NCBI GenBank assembly: GCA_964057225.1
Contig: OZ059894.1
Span: forward strand, 14,446,001 to 14,510,000
Direction of reading: 5' to 3'
DNA from: Auanema rhodensis
Taxonomy: Eukaryota; Animalia; Nematoda
DNA length: 64,000 bases
The notes beneath the pieces are model-generated. The model did not search any database and was not told where the DNA came from. It saw only the letters and a program-made list of their open reading frames with translations. Every line of letters starts with the position of its first letter. Positions within the stretch are counted from its first letter, which is position 1. Below are positions 26,316 to 43,152 of the stretch, in pieces. The position numbers were made by a program, and so were the translations under genes.

Positions 26316-28908
26316 ATGTCATCAATTGCGAAAAGCGACCCTCCTGTGGAGGTGAAAAAGGAGGAGTCGCAGGTAAATAACACCAATGCCTCTAATAACG
26401 TGAAGGTATTTTTTTTAGACCATAGAAATATTGTATTTTTTTTTCAGCAAGGAGAGCGATCACGTAGACGGTCCTATAAAGATCAGGATAATGGTTCTAG
26501 AAATGGCAGCAGACATAATAGCTATTCTGCTAGCAAGGATAAGGGTATGCATATAAGATTATCTTAAATTGAACTCTTTTCCTTGTCTTTTTAGGACGTA
26601 AAGATTGGCAAGATAGAAAGAGTCAGAGTCAAGGTGGAAATGGAGCTCTTAAGCAACCAGCCAAGCAAGATTCTGGAGATGGAAAAAAGAGAACCCGTAG
26701 TACTAACTGTGAGTATAATAGAAGTTTGAATGATATTGTAAAAATATATTTCAGCTACTAATGGACGTCGTCAACGTGACTCAACTCGAACTGCTTCACA
26801 AACTAGTAATGGTGATTTCAGTGATGAATGTAAGAAATTTGCATAATGTTGGCAATTTACTAATTACAAAGTTTTAGTCCCAGATGATCTTGAGGAGCCC
26901 TTTACTGATTCGGAAGACGAGTTTGCTTCATCCCAACCACAAAAAATGAGTTTAACACTACCAAGCGCTCGTATCAGGTAGAATATTTTATACTTTTCAA
27001 ATTTCTTTTCTTTTCTTAGAACTCTATCTGGTACTGTTCCAACTGTAGGTTATTCACCTAAGTGGGGTGGACCAACCATGTGTGTAAGCTGTCTTGAATT
27101 TTTTGACCTCCCAGAGCAACTCACTCAATTTGCTGAGTAAGATTTTCTTATTAATTTGATAAATTAAAGATGTATTTCTAGCCATCTGCTTATTGAGCAC
27201 AAAATAGTTGTTTCTGAGATGGAACTTATTGTCGATCCTAAGAGGTAAGAATTTTCTAAAATGCTGCAAGTAGTTCTTACTTTATAGATACATTGCTCAT
27301 TGGCGTCAACGTTTCGCCAAAGAAAGTGTAGACAAAATCTTCCCTCGTGTTGAACCTGCCGAAGGAGATGCATTATTTGGTAAAATCAGTTTTGTTGGTT
27401 TTTTCTTTTTATTTGCTATTCTGTAGGGAAGACTGACTATTTTTACAATATGTCGGAAGCTCTGCCCGAAGATTACTCTTTGCGTCAAAGACTCGCCATG
27501 AGACGCCTCGAAGAAGCTCTTTCTTGTCAACAACGCGAAAGGTAATATTAGTTGATTTTTTGGTATAGTTTTTTCATTATTTTTTTTAGAGAAGACAAAA
27601 CATTCCAATTGCAATGTATCTTCTGTCGTTACACAGCCAGAGGAAACAGGTACACATTTCTTTTTAATATGTTCACAATTCCCTATTTCAGATCTAAAAT
27701 CATTCATCATCTTTACATGATCCATCATTTAAACCTTGGATCTCCTGACAACCTTGTATTCGTTACTGAGTATATTGAGCATTTGAAGGAAAAGATGCAG
27801 GTTAGTGTTAGATAGGTGAAACATAAATATGATATTTGATAATTACAGAGAAATGAATGTATTTACTGTGAAAAAACTTTCCAAGACAAGAACACACTCA
27901 TGGATCACATGAGAAAGCGCAATCATCGTGAGGTGAGCCCGTGGTTTTTTAATGCAGTTTTGAACGAAGTAATTTCAGGTCAACCCAAAAAATCATTATT
28001 ATGATAAGTTCTATATTATCAATTACCTCGAGCTTGGCAAACGTTGGTTGGATGTTCTTGCTGAAGATTTTGAGGACACCATGCCCACATTCCAAGACTC
28101 CGATGAAGAGGAAGAAGAGTGCGTTTTTTTCGTTTACAAGGCTATTGTTTGAATTTCAGCAACTCTTGGTGCGAATGGCAGGAGGACAACAATGCCATGG
28201 AAGACACCAGAGTTCTTTGTCTTATGTGTGATGAGAGTGCCGAATCTGTTGACGCCATTCTTACTCATATGAAGGTATTATCTATTCTGCTTTTTTCCCA
28301 TTTATTTGATTGATTCAGGACACTCACAAGTTAGATTTGATTGGAGAAGTCGAGAAGCAGAAGCTGGGAACTTATGAAAGAATGAAATTAATTAATTACA
28401 TTCGTACCCAGGTATTTATTTAGCTTTCTTAATTTAATATGCAACTTTGTTAACAGAATTTTAATGCTGTTTGTTGGATTTGTCAGAAGAGTGATATCGG
28501 AAACACAATTCAACTTGCCAAACACATGAAGGAGGAAGAATCTCCGTTCAAGGTATAGAAACACTCTGTTTTATTTTATAGAGAATTATTTTGTGTAGGG
28601 TTTTCCTGATCGGAGCATTTGGGATAAAGAGGAGAATCTCGTTCCTCTGTTCGGAAATGATCACTTCCTCTGGATGCTCGAATCCTTCTTAGAGGAACGT
28701 GATGGCAGCAGCGACGTAGAAGAGCGCAATAGACGCGATTTAGAAAAGTCTATCAAGGCTATCATTGCCGAAAGCCAGAAGAATACTGTTGACGGAGTAA
28801 GACAGAGTTGAAACGGGATGATTTATATGATATACATTTCAGGTTCTTGCCGAAGATCTTCCCGATTTACATGAACTCAACAATACGGACCTTGATGAGT
28901 TGATGTAA
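26316..28908 (+). CDS. ztf-7: ZNF277-family C2H2 zinc-finger protein
   Basis: CIFCRYTARGNRSKIIHHLYMIHHLNLGSPDNLVF; CIYCEKTFQDKNTLMDHMRKRNH; YDKFYIINYLELGK; KLINYIR. Confidence 0.9.
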
Positions 28909-29439
28909 CTTGTTCTTTGTTATACAGCTCTCATGCACTCATCTTTCCCTTGTTTATTTTCTGTAATATCAGTTTCATAGTAGAATTGGACTAGCGAGAA
29001 TATAGTGATTTTTGTTGTTTGCTATATTCATTTCTCATCGTTTGTTAGGACTGTGGGCTCTTTCACTGTCCTTTTTGTTCATTGATTATCAAGTTGTTAA
29101 TACTAGTTAATGCAGGTTTTTTTCAACTGCATTACTTCACTTCGGTGGAAATACTTTATCCGGGGTTTCTCACTATACTATCACACATTCGTCTTTATTA
29201 GCTAACATCACGGTTACTTACTTCCTTTCGTCTACTTCTGGCTTTTGTCTTACCTTATCATCTTTAAAAAGAAGTTTGGCTCGCGATGGAACGTTTTAAC
29301 CCCGGACGTTGTTGACAATTGAGTGTTGATAAAGTTTTTATTCCTTCAAATATAGTTTTATTTATGTCGTGTTTTTTCGAAATCATATTTATCAGCTTAC
29401 AAGCCTGAATATAAGAGAAAGGAGAGCTTGTTATAGGTT

Positions 29440-32270
29440 ATGCTAGTTCGGTTCTCAATATTAAGTAGTAGATCAATCAGTTGCTTGCAAGCTTTACGGC
29501 ATAGAGTCTTAGCATCCAGTGAATTACCTAGTATGGTCAGAAACGAGCGGAATTCAAGTTTATATATTTTTTCAAGGTTATATATATGCTCAAAAGCAAA
29601 TTAGATATTTTGCTGACAAGAAGAGAGGAAAAAGAAAATATGTAGAGTCTGTAATAGTGAAGCAAACAAAAACATCAAAACAGATTCTCGAGGTTTACAG
29701 TGATATGTCCGCCAGGTTCGTTACAAATAGTTTTGTGGCACTATGATTCAAACTTAGAGAACTTTCGGAAGCTTTAAAAGTGACACTTGATGAAGTATCT
29801 GAAGTAGTTCTTAATTGGGATGCTAGAAATTTAGATGTTTTATCTGAGAACCAACCTCTTGGACAAGATCTTATGCTTAAAGTATAAAGTTCTCTAACAA
29901 ATATCTTAACTATCCTACGTATTTTAGATAGTAGCAGCATATAACTTTAAACCAAAGTTAATAAATAGAAAAGTTCAGAAGTTTGGCGAAACCGATGATC
30001 TCGTGCCTCAGTATGTTTTTAAGAAAATATTTGCCTCAAAAAAGGCCTATAATTCAGACAACCAGCTTCTGATGCTGAATGTATTAGAAGGCCACCAATA
30101 GTAGCTATTATGGGTCATGTAGATCATGGGAAAACTACGTTATTAGATGCTTTAAGAAATTCAAAAATAGTTGAGGGTGAATTTGGAGGAATTACTCAGC
30201 ATATTGGTGCTTTTTCTGGTGAGTCGATGTTTGTTTTCCAACCTTACTGTTACATTTCTCAGTTGAACTTGAAAGTTCTCGACGCAAGGTTACATTCTTG
30301 GACACGCCTGGACATGCCGCATTTGCTGCTATGAGAGCTCGAGGAGCACAAGGTGCAGACGTTGTTGTTTTAGTTGTTGCAGCAGACGACGGTGTCAAAG
30401 ATCAAACTATTCAGTCCATAAAGTGAGTTGATGTTTTTTTTTGTGAAAAAAAGTTATACTTCAGATTTGCGCAATCCAGTGGAGTACCTATTGTAGTTGC
30501 TTTAAATAAATGTGATAAGCCCACTGCTGACCCTGTAGGACTTGTCTTTTTTATTTTTTACTGTTTAAATCCTTCAGATGAAAGCTAAACGATCATTGCT
30601 TGAACATGGAATTGTTGTGGAAGATCTTGGAGGAGACGTTCAATGTATTGAAGTTTCAGCCTTACATGGAAAAAACCTTAAAGCATTACAGGTACGCAGA
30701 CTTTATATTTTTTAAAATTATCTATGTCTTCTATAGGAAGCTTTAGTTTTACAAGCAGATATAATGGATTTGAAAGCACCTAATAAAGGGTTTGCTGAAG
30801 GTGTCGTTATTGAAGCCACAGTAGTTCATGGTTGAGTATTACGTATTTAAAGTAAATTTTTAGCAATTATTTAGGAATTGGTAAGATTTGTACTATCGTT
30901 GTAACGAGAGGAACTCTTAAGAAGAATTCTATACTGGTTGCTGGGAATTCGTGGTGTAGGATTCGAACTATAACTGATGAACACGGAAGAACTATTGCTA
31001 GTGCACTACCAAGCACTCCTGTCAGAGTAAGATAATAAATTAGATTTGATTTCAAATCTAAAAATTTCAGGTTTCAGGATGGAAAGAAGATTTGCCATCT
31101 CCTGGAGACTTCGTTCTCGAAGCTCCTAATGTCGATAAAGCTCAAAAAGCAGTAAGCTATCGTTTAAAGCTTGAAATGGAGAAGAAAGCAGAGAACGATT
31201 GGGTATTTTATTTATTTTGACTTCTGATTATAAATATGAGTTGTTCTCAGGATGCCATTGAAGAAAAACGAGCTGAGGAACGAGAGAAGTATTTGCATAA
31301 TCGGCAACAACTTCTTAACAGAGGAATGAGATTTGGTTCTACCTTACGGAGAATTGTTCATAAACAAAATAGACTTGAAAAAGAAGTTGATGATGGATCT
31401 CCTCGTCTTAATCTTGTGGTATAGATTTTTCAATAACGATTGTAAATTCCCGTTTATAGATTAGGACAGATGTTGACGGTACATTAGAAGCCATAATGGA
31501 TATCATAAATTCATACGAAAGCAAAGAATGTCGATTTGATATCGTGGATTTTGGTGTCGGTCCACCTACAGAAAAAGATATTGAGATAGCAAAAGAAACC
31601 AATGGTTTGTTTATTTAATATCAATTAATCACTTTAATATCATATGTCCTTTTAAGCTTTAATTTATTTATTCAATGTTCAACCTTCAAGTAATATTAAA
31701 TCATCTGCTGATTCGAATTCTATAAGAATTGAACATTTTAATGTAATTTATCGGCTTGTTGAAGCTTTGAAAAATGAACTTTCATCAAAGTTACCAACGA
31801 AAACTGAGCTGGAGTTGGTAGGGGAAGGCCATGTTCTCAAGGTAAGTGATCTAGTTTGTTTATATACTGCATTATGGTATCTTAGGAATTCCTGATTTCT
31901 GATCGTGGTAGAAAGAAACAACCTATTGCTGGATGCTTAGTTGATTGGGGAAATTTTCAAAAGTAGTACTTTAAAATCATTAGAAATTTTGAGCTTTTCT
32001 TCAGAAATTGTGTTTACAAGTTCATTCGAGGATCAACTGTCGTCTTCGAAGGAGCAATCGAATCAATGAAATGTGAATTAGAAGTTGTTAGTCAGGCGAA
32101 AACAAATACAGAAGTTAGAACCTAATGTTTTACAAAAGTTATAAGATTTTATTCAGGTTGGCATTGCTCTTGAGAATAAAAGTATCCGTTTTAAAGAAGA
32201 TGATAAAATAGAAGTTTATAAAGAGAATGAAGTTAAACAAGAAATTGATTGGAATCCACCAGGATTTTAA
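29440..32270 (+). CDS. MTIF2: Mitochondrial translation initiation factor IF-2
   Basis: [46 protein letters not shown]; basic N-terminal presequence; ends IDWNPPGF*. Confidence 0.95.
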
Positions 32271-32477
32271 AATATTCTTTATTCGGGTAGTGTGTACATA
32301 TGATAGATTTAGGAAATTCAAACGATTTTTTGAATAAATTATAATAAATATGGATTTTACGAAACATTTGAATGGGTTGATCCTTTGCATATCATATTTC
32401 CAAAATTTCATGTTTTTATAATCTTATCTATTGTTATATATAGATAAGTGATCTCAATCCGATTCTAATTGGATGTA

Positions 32478-35400
32478 ATGGATATATGTAATGAAAATTT
32501 TACACCTACTACCAGTTCAATTAGTAGGCTGGATTCCTTAATATTTGGGTATTTGAGTAGGCAACAGGTAGTTTCATATGGTATTAGCCACAGTTTTTTA
32601 TGAAGTTTTATAACAGTATACCAAAACAGTCTCAGCTTTGCTGGAAGAATCTCCTGTTTTGAAAGAGAATGGCGGACGATTTGGAGGTGGACGAGGCGTA
32701 TTCGTTCAAATCAACCCTACAGTCTGTGATAAAAATTTAGAATATATAGTTGAGGTATAAACTCTTTATATTAGTCAGAAACTGCTTTTTTGCTGTAGAC
32801 GTTTGCTCAATATGGAAGATTTGATGTTCCACCTGAGTTTATTGACTTCGGTCATCAATTACGTTGTTTAGCTAATGATTTCTCGAGAATGACGACAGTT
32901 TTTGGAAATGCGAGAAGGTAATCTGATTATAATTATCTAATATAATCTAATATTTATAGCGAAAATCACCGAAAAATGTACGGTTCTCGTGCCAAAAGCC
33001 GTGCCCAACATACAAAGGTTATGAGAGATAGGTGTGTTGTAAATTGAGTAGAGTATAATAAATTTTTAACTTTAGTAGTAATTATACCCAGCCAAATCCA
33101 GTTAACGCAGCCGTTTTTCACATTCCACATCATCCCCTAACAGTTGACAGTCCTACTCCTCCACAGGTATAAATCTTTTGTATAAATGATATACAAATTA
33201 CTTCAAGAATCCTATTTATACCGGTGCACAAACTCAAATTGGTAATAGTGTAGATAATCAGCTCAATTATCAAAATCAAAATCATAATGTATGTTGCATG
33301 TTTCGACCGAACAAATTTACAACCTTCTAGGTTATAATAAGTAAAGATCAGGAATCTAAAGATAAATCTACGCTTTTATCAAGCGCAGCTTGCAATATAC
33401 CATCTTTTGGTGAAATTGATAACAATTTAAATATTTCGGGATCCAATAATTTGTAAGTTGAATATTATTTCTTTTCATCTTACGAAATATTCTTCAGGGA
33501 TCCTCCTATGGATACACATAATGAGGACAACGATAATCATATGCATTCCATACTCTCTGATGAAGGTAAGCTTATTTCATTTTTATGTTTGGAATTTTGG
33601 TTTAATTCAATTTCGCCACTTGATATGAACCGGTTGCATATATTAATATCTCTTACTTTTAACAGATTTAATGTTTCCATTTTCAGGATCCTCGAGGCGT
33701 AAGAGACATCAGCCTCATAGTTTCTCGGAGCGATTTATATCCAAGTTAGCAGACGCTGCCAGTCGCACAAAACAATGTAAAGAGCAACATAGTACCACTA
33801 CAGTAATAACATACTTAATAGTCATAATGTTGACCTTCATTATAGGATTTATCAACCCTAGATATTGGAGATGAAATTTTTGACTTTTGCGATATTAGAA
33901 ACCTCCCATCACAGCTAGAAGAGGTTGTCTGTCGATTCGATCCCGAGGATAGGTTTTTTGATTACGCAGGTTACATCGACATCGATGAAAACAGCCAAGC
34001 TCCTTTTGAATCAACTTCGTTTTCTGATACAGCAATGGTTAATTTTTCTTTTATTTAGGTATTTTGGTTTTTTATTTAGGTTGAACACGTCAGAGAGCCA
34101 TCTCCTGTTAAACAAACTATTCTTCCGTCGATTCCACCAAGGAAAGACACACCATTTGGACTTGATAACGTTAATCTGTCACTTATGCCTCAATCTACTC
34201 TGAGCTCAGAGAAGAATCCTGTGTAACATTAAAATATTAATTCAAAAAATTTTGAAATTTTTTAGATATAATCCTCGTCCTTATACAATGAAAGGCCCTC
34301 GTGGACCAACTAAGATTCAATCGGTAGTTTTAATTTTATGGCAAAGAAATTTATTTATGAACTTAAGAAATCTTTAATTGAAAGAACTGGCATTAAAGAA
34401 GCAAAAGTTTTCGAAGCGAAAAATATTCCATTACGTAACGAAAAGTAAGTTCATCAGTGCTTAAGAACTATTAAACTTTTGTTTAGAATTACCATGGATT
34501 CTCTGTTTGATGATTGTGACAGCAGTTCGTCTGATGGGCCCGAAGTTCGTGATAATCATAAACGCAGTAAATCTCCTGAAAAATCGAAAAAAGAGGGCCA
34601 TAGGGATGAATATCGTAATAAAAATAAGTGGGTTGAACTACTAGCACAATTATTAATACGTGTATTCGTTTTAAGAGAATCGCACGTAAAAGAGAAAAGG
34701 CCGGAGAAATCGAATGGCCACAGAGATAGGAAAGAGGAACGAGAACTTGATAGAAAAAGACACGATAAAGAGGAGAAAATCAGATCAGAGGTAAGTAATC
34801 AGATATTTATTTCCTTAATATATATGTTTTTAAGGATAAACATAAATCCGTTCGGACAGAAAAATCGGACAGAGTTGAAGACAAGAAAAAACATGAACGT
34901 TATCGTGATGATACTGAGAAGAGGGAGCACGAACGCAAAAAGAAGGAAATGGTTATTCGTGCTAGCAGAGAATATGAACAAGTATATCATTTATGGTGGT
35001 TTAGCTTATATATTATACTCTATAGCAACGGCGGGACGACGCTATGAAGAAAAGAGAAGAAGATCGCAAACGATATCATGAAGAAAGAAAGAAAAATGTA
35101 ATGCCCACCAAAGACGAAGAAAGAAAACCCCGAGAAGAAGTTGACGGTGCTGTTAAAGACGAAGATAGAAGATCTCGTGATAAGAGAAAACACTTAGATG
35201 ATGATACTTCTTCTGCCGAGGTTGATCGAAATGAAAGAGAGGCAAGTCAAGACAGTTTAATGAGCTCAAGCTATTGCTATTCGTTTGATCCAAATGCAAA
35301 AAAAAATAGAAACTCCAAAGAAAATGAAAAAGTTTCGAATTCTTTTAAAAGCAAGGTATCAAGGATACACATCTGAAATTGAAAAACATTTTTAGTTGTG

Positions 35401-36492
35401 GGACAATAAGACAAAAGATGAGTCTACTAAGAAGAAACGTTCTAAAGATGTTAGCGGCTCTTCAAGTATGCCTGATATATTATGGGAAATCGAAAAAAGT
35501 TTCGATAGCCTGCGAAGGTAGTATAAACTGCCAATTAATCAATTATGAATGTATTTAAGAAACGAACGTTCTCCTTCTCCTGATATGTCTTTCATGAATA
35601 TGAAAAAACTGGCTCCTTCCACAAGAGTAAGTTTATAGATTTCTATCTTTTTAATTTTAGCGGTTTTTCAGATACCTAAAAAGGGATCTGATCTTACCCT
35701 AGCTGCAGCTACTTCTGTGGCACCTTCTACCATACCTTCTGCAACACCTTCTCAAGCACATTCTGCAGCACCTTCTACAACGCCTTCTGCAGCACCTTCT
35801 GCAGCACCTTCTCCTGTGCCTTTTAACTCTATCACTCTTGCTCCGGAAAGATATTCAGAGCCTGATTCTCTCCCACCTCACCAACCTGTAGTACCTCATC
35901 GTACATCGCATCCTATACATGCACAACAATTACCAACTGTACAAACTTCCGAATGTTACATTCCAACTGTTTCTGTATGTTTTAATTTCATAAGTTGTTT
36001 TTTAACTATATTTACAGGAAAATCAAAATGATCAAAATTTAACAAATTTGCTTAAATCTCCAATGGTAAGCGGCCTACCCTCAAATGAAACAAATCTACT
36101 CATAAAAAGTACAGTTAATGATGCAAGAAGTATGCGTTAATTTTAATTAATTTTCTCTATTTTTAAAATATTTTTTAGTTGGCCTACAGTTTGAGAATGC
36201 AGCATTAAAATGGAGACAAAATATTGTTAGTTGTAATATTACTTACATTTTGCATCCATCTCATTTTTAGGAATTAGAAAAGGAGTCTGAATCTCGGAAA
36301 CGGTCTTCTCAACATAATGTGACTTTAAGTCAAGTATTTAATGGAAGTAGTTCTCCAAAGGTTTCAGTTGTATAGTATGAATTGAACAATTTTAAATCAT
36401 TTCAGGATATGAATAACAAGAAGATAAAACTTGATTTATCTGTAATTAATTCTATTATGAAAAAAGTGCATGGAAATTCATCTGCAGATTGA
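32478..36492 (+). CDS. N-terminal LisH-domain, largely low-complexity nuclear protein (NPAT/Mxc-like), many exons
   Basis: SISRLDSLIFGYLSRQQYTKTVSALLEESPVLKE...CDKNLEYIVETF; long charged and Ser/Pro-rich body; ends KKIKLDLSVINSIMKKVHGNSSAD*. Confidence 0.7.
35716..35815 (+). repeat. Degenerate 12-bp coding tandem repeat (GCAGCACCTTCT; AAPS units)
   Basis: APSTIPSATPSQAHSAAPSTTPSAAPSAAPSP. Confidence 0.8.
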
Positions 36493-36793
36493 TCATATAT
36501 TTTTTCTGTTTTTTTGTTTAGATTACTTAGGAAAGCTTACTTTCCAATTTGCTGCTATATATAACCACTATTTGATTAGATGTAATCGTTATATTTTATC
36601 ATACAAATTACGTGTTTCACTTGAAGTACTAAGAACTTCCATATCATATTGTTATAGCGGTTTTCTTGTGCCTTAATGAGAGGGGTTGTGAGCATAAAGT
36701 TATATTTGCGCTTTGAAATTTCTAACAGTTACACTGGATAGCATCCTTTTTCTATTCCTAGTAGGACGATAATTCTTTAATTGTTTTTTCTAG

Positions 36794-38769
36794 ATGATTC
36801 GATCATCTTATAGTCTGCTTTCACGGATATATCATGTACAAACTTCAAAATTTTATGCTACTTTATCAGCCTCGACAATTGATGAAACGTTGGCTTCGCT
36901 GTTGAATTCATTTTAATACCAAATTGTTTCAGATTTGAAGCTCTCTTAAGAGATGTTGATCTCAAAGATCCTCTCTACATACCCTCTGCTTCTCATGAAG
37001 TTATGGTTCTCCATCCTAAAGTATTACATAATTTTACCCCGTGTTTTTAACTGTTACGATTCTAGATTCGGTGGGGATCTTCTAGTCCTTCGATTTTAAA
37101 AAATCCTTCAGATCAATTAGATGAAGCCGTTTCTCTTGTAAACACATTACCAGGGTTTCGTGTTGTACAGTTCGTAAATGAAACAGTGATCTCGATATTT
37201 TATTTATTGCAGTTCAGAGATCATTGGTGTTGATTATAACACAAAACGGAAAGCTATATGGGGTACCGGAACTATTGAAGGTCTTTTAAGAAAGAAACAA
37301 GATATTAGAGCTTCCGCTTTAATGGTTAACGTTGATATGCTCTCAGCAATGCAACAGGTAGATACACTGATTCCATATTTTTATGATAGTACGTTGAATT
37401 ATTGTTATTGTAGGTAGAGTTGGCAGATATTTTCAAAGTACCTATATATGATCGATATAATATAGTTTTATCAATATTTAAACATTATGCAAAAACAGAA
37501 GAGTCGAAATTACAAATTCAGTTAGCTGAAATTCCATATATTCGGTAACAAACTTTAATGTCAGCTAAATCTATTTTCAAATTTCATTTTATAGTCATAG
37601 GTTACATTATATGAACAAGTCTGTTGCTAAAAGCTCTGTATTACACGTCGAAGAAGTGGAGCTATTCCGAGGGTTTCGATAAACTTTAAAGTTTTTTTTT
37701 ATTTCTCTTTTTTGTAGCGTTGACCGTTTTGAAGTTTTACGTTTACGGGAACAGTCAATCAAGAAGAAGCTTAGAGATTTATCAAAAGAAGAAAATAAAG
37801 AGATTAAACGTAGTGCTTCAGATGCTGGCCTAGTTGCTATAGTAGGGTAATGGAATATTCTCATTTTTAACTATTTATTGTTATTTATAAAGATATACAA
37901 ATTGTGGTAAAACTACTCTCGTCAAAAGGTTAACGGGCTCTAATTCATTGAATCCGAAGGATAGATTATTCGCAACATTGGACACCACGAGACATAATGC
38001 TTTGTACGTTTTAAGAACAATAATACTTCAACTAACCTATTTTAAAGACTACCTTCAGGAAGGAAAGTTGCATTTGCTGATACTATTGGGTTCTTCAGTG
38101 AATTGCCTACACATCTGATATCGGCTTTTGAAGCCACACTAGCACATGTTAAAGAAGCAGTAAACACAACGCTAAAACAAAAAATCACCTTATATTTTTC
38201 ATTATAGGATGTCATTATTCATCTTAGAGATATTTCTAATGCAGCATGGGAAGCTCAATCAGAGGATGTTCTGAATACACTTTTATCGTTGGGAATTCCT
38301 GAGGAAAAGCTCATTAATATGATTACTGTAGATAATAAGGTTCATCTTATCCATATATTTGTTTTGGTTAACTTTATCTAGATTGATAGAGATGGAGCAG
38401 CTAATACTGAAGGGTCTTACCGCATATCATGCACCTCTGGTTCCGGTATCGAAGAATTGATTGATACAATTGATAAGGTAGAACAAGTAGAAAAATACAT
38501 AAGTTTTGCAAACACTTTTTTAGAGTATTATGATTGCATTGGGTTGTAAGATTCGTCGGTTAAAGTTACTGCCATCATCTCCAACAATACCTTATCTCTA
38601 CAAGTACAAATAACAAGACAAACAACTTTAAATTCTATTTTTTAGCGAAGGTTTTGTATCCAAAGAACCAAAAATAGATGGGCCGTTCTTGGTATTTGAA
38701 GTATCAATGACCGAAGCTGAAATGAGCAGGATGAAAAAACATGTTGGATCTCTAGTTCGGGCAAATTAA
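36794..38769 (+). CDS. GTPBP6: HflX-family mitochondrial GTPase
   Basis: YDRYNIVLSIFKHYAKTEESKLQIQLAE; AIVGYTNCGKTTL; LFATLDTT; DTIGFF; NKID. Confidence 0.92.
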
Positions 38770-38905
38770 GCCAAGCATTTGTATAAAGTTTATTCTCATA
38801 TATGATTCATTTATATATTGGCTGTATTTCCAATTATTTTTTTTAATTTATTATAACGTTCGCATAACTAGATGTTTTAGAAGTATACGTTTATCTCTGT
38901 CGAAC

Positions 38906-39723
38906 ATGGTAAGTTGTTAACGTCTTTGTTCCGATAAGATCAATTTTCTCAGCCGTTCCTCGCTTTGGAATTGAGATGTAGCATGGTCAATGTAGACAAC
39001 CTTCACATCCAGGAGCCTGATTCATTCCGTTGGCATATTAGAGTATGATTAAGTTTTAGTTTATATTTTTAATAATCATAACACTACCCTATGGTGAAGC
39101 ATCTCATGGTGCAAAGTTATTCTCAACGCTTATAAACTTTATAATTTGAGGTCAGATGTACAAACTGTGGCGAGACTCCTCAAAATTGGCATTATGTTGT
39201 AATCAATGTAAGAATTTTCAATTGTTCGAATTATTTTTTTTTATTTAGGAGATGTCTGAAATTCCAGGATCAAGAGGTGAAGCTCACCTGGTTGAAAAAT
39301 GCAAACTCTGTAATCGTTTGAACACCTTGAGTTAGTTAAACAGATTAATTAACATTATTACGTTCCGAATGAATAGCTGTTCTTCCTGACACAATCGGCA
39401 GCTACAAGTTAGAAAACAACGAGAAGTTTCAACAAATTATTGTGTTCGACTGCAGGGGAATTGAACCCTTTGATTTCGATCCTAGAGTTGGTTTGATACA
39501 AATTTAATATTAATTAAGTATTATAGGATGGATGGGTTGCTGAAGGTCCAGAATCAGGAACAATGTTCGAAGATATTGACTTGAGCGAAAAGGTTTGAAT
39601 AATGTTATGAATATTTCATTATTTTAAATTTAGACTTGGGCTGATTACGATGAGAGAGCTAACGAAGCAACGGAGATTAATGATGTTGTTGTTCAATTCT
39701 CCCATGCTAAAATAAAGAAGTGA
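38906..39723 (+). CDS. CZIB: CXXC-motif zinc-binding protein (UPF0587/C1orf123)
   Basis: RCTNCGE, EIPGSRGEAHLVEKCKLC, FDCRGIEPFDFDPR, WADYDE. Confidence 0.92.
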
Positions 39724-40174
39724 TCCTTTTCGTTTTTCCTCGTATTTTGAAATAAAGATTCTGTATTTAGTCTTGCTTTGAAAGAAACAAACATTAAAAA
39801 GTATTGAAGACACCAAAATTTTTTTTCCTAGAACCATAGTTAGCAGTAGAGCAGTTTTTTATTGTAGCCCTTTAATGCAAGTATGCCTTTGTTAGTGACG
39901 TCATATGATTGAAGCTTGTGAACACGATGCCAAACAAACGTTCATTAATGCTTGTTTTGTATTTATAGAATGTAAATTCAAGATATTCGTTGAATTCTAC
40001 CCACCTATATTAAAAGCGTGTCATACTTAAGTGTTTTATACACTCCTGTACCTTTCCAGGATTCAAACTATGCTCGCTAGAATACTTCTCTAATGACCCT
40101 TGTTGCTGTATCATACTTCGCTCAATTAACTTGTTTTTCTTTTTTTTTTTTTAATAATAATTCATATTTTCAGG

Positions 40175-42109
<1,935 letters not shown>

Positions 42110-43152
42110 CTACATACTGATAATAGTAGTTGTTCTTTTAGCTTTTTACTTACTTTATTATCTATTGTCTTCATTACATCCATGTTATGTTATACAGGTT
42201 TCTATCATTTTGAAACGGTTTGCTCCCTATTCCCTTTTTGTATATAGAAGAATTCAGTCAAAACGTTTTCCGGTTCGTAGTCATTTACTGGGTATTTTAA
42301 ATATACGCGAGGCCTGATCTCCTCCAATGTAATACTTATATGCTTAATTCGTAGCATTTACATGCTTACTCTAGACCTACGCTTCTTGTACGTATGACTT
42401 CTCAGTCTTTCCTTGTATCTGCAGCCAGTAAATAATATTTGACCTCATACATATGTTTTGCCAATTTCTCAATTATAACATAACGAGTTCAAATTAAATA
42501 ATTGCCGTCAGTTAAGAAAATACATGACTATTTACGAAAGCAATAACGCACGGATCGGTTGGTTTTTCATTATCTATTAAAAAAAATTTTTTCATTTGAT
42601 TTTACATTTATGTTTATCTATCTCATTCCAAAGTTTTCGCGTTCCAGTTAAAATCTTTGTACTCCACTACTGACCACTTAGACTATAATGTATGATGAGT
42701 AGAAAGTTCATGCTCTTATCAGCCAGTGAAAGTATCGTCCAATGTACGCTTGAACCAGATAGCACTTGATTAAACCAATCTTAAATAGGAATACTATAAA
42801 GGAGTTCCTTATGCATGCAATCTATCTTTGGTATCTCCTTTTTTTAACATTATAGTTAATTTGCAAAACTTGTTTGATAAACTTCTTCTCAATTAGGTCA
42901 AATATGTCATACTCCCTCTGTCATTCTAAACCAGTGGTCGATGAATGAATATCATAGACTTTCCAATGATTTCGTTTACAAACAATTGTTGATTATGCTA
43001 ATTATGATATAAAAAGGACCCAATACAAACCATATTCTGTGTCTATTGTAGCCTGGTCTCATTCTTTGAGCTCTTAATACTGTTTTAATGTTTTGTTTTC
43101 TATAAATATTTTCTTTTTCTTATATGAACATTTAAAAATTTAGTTTTTGACG

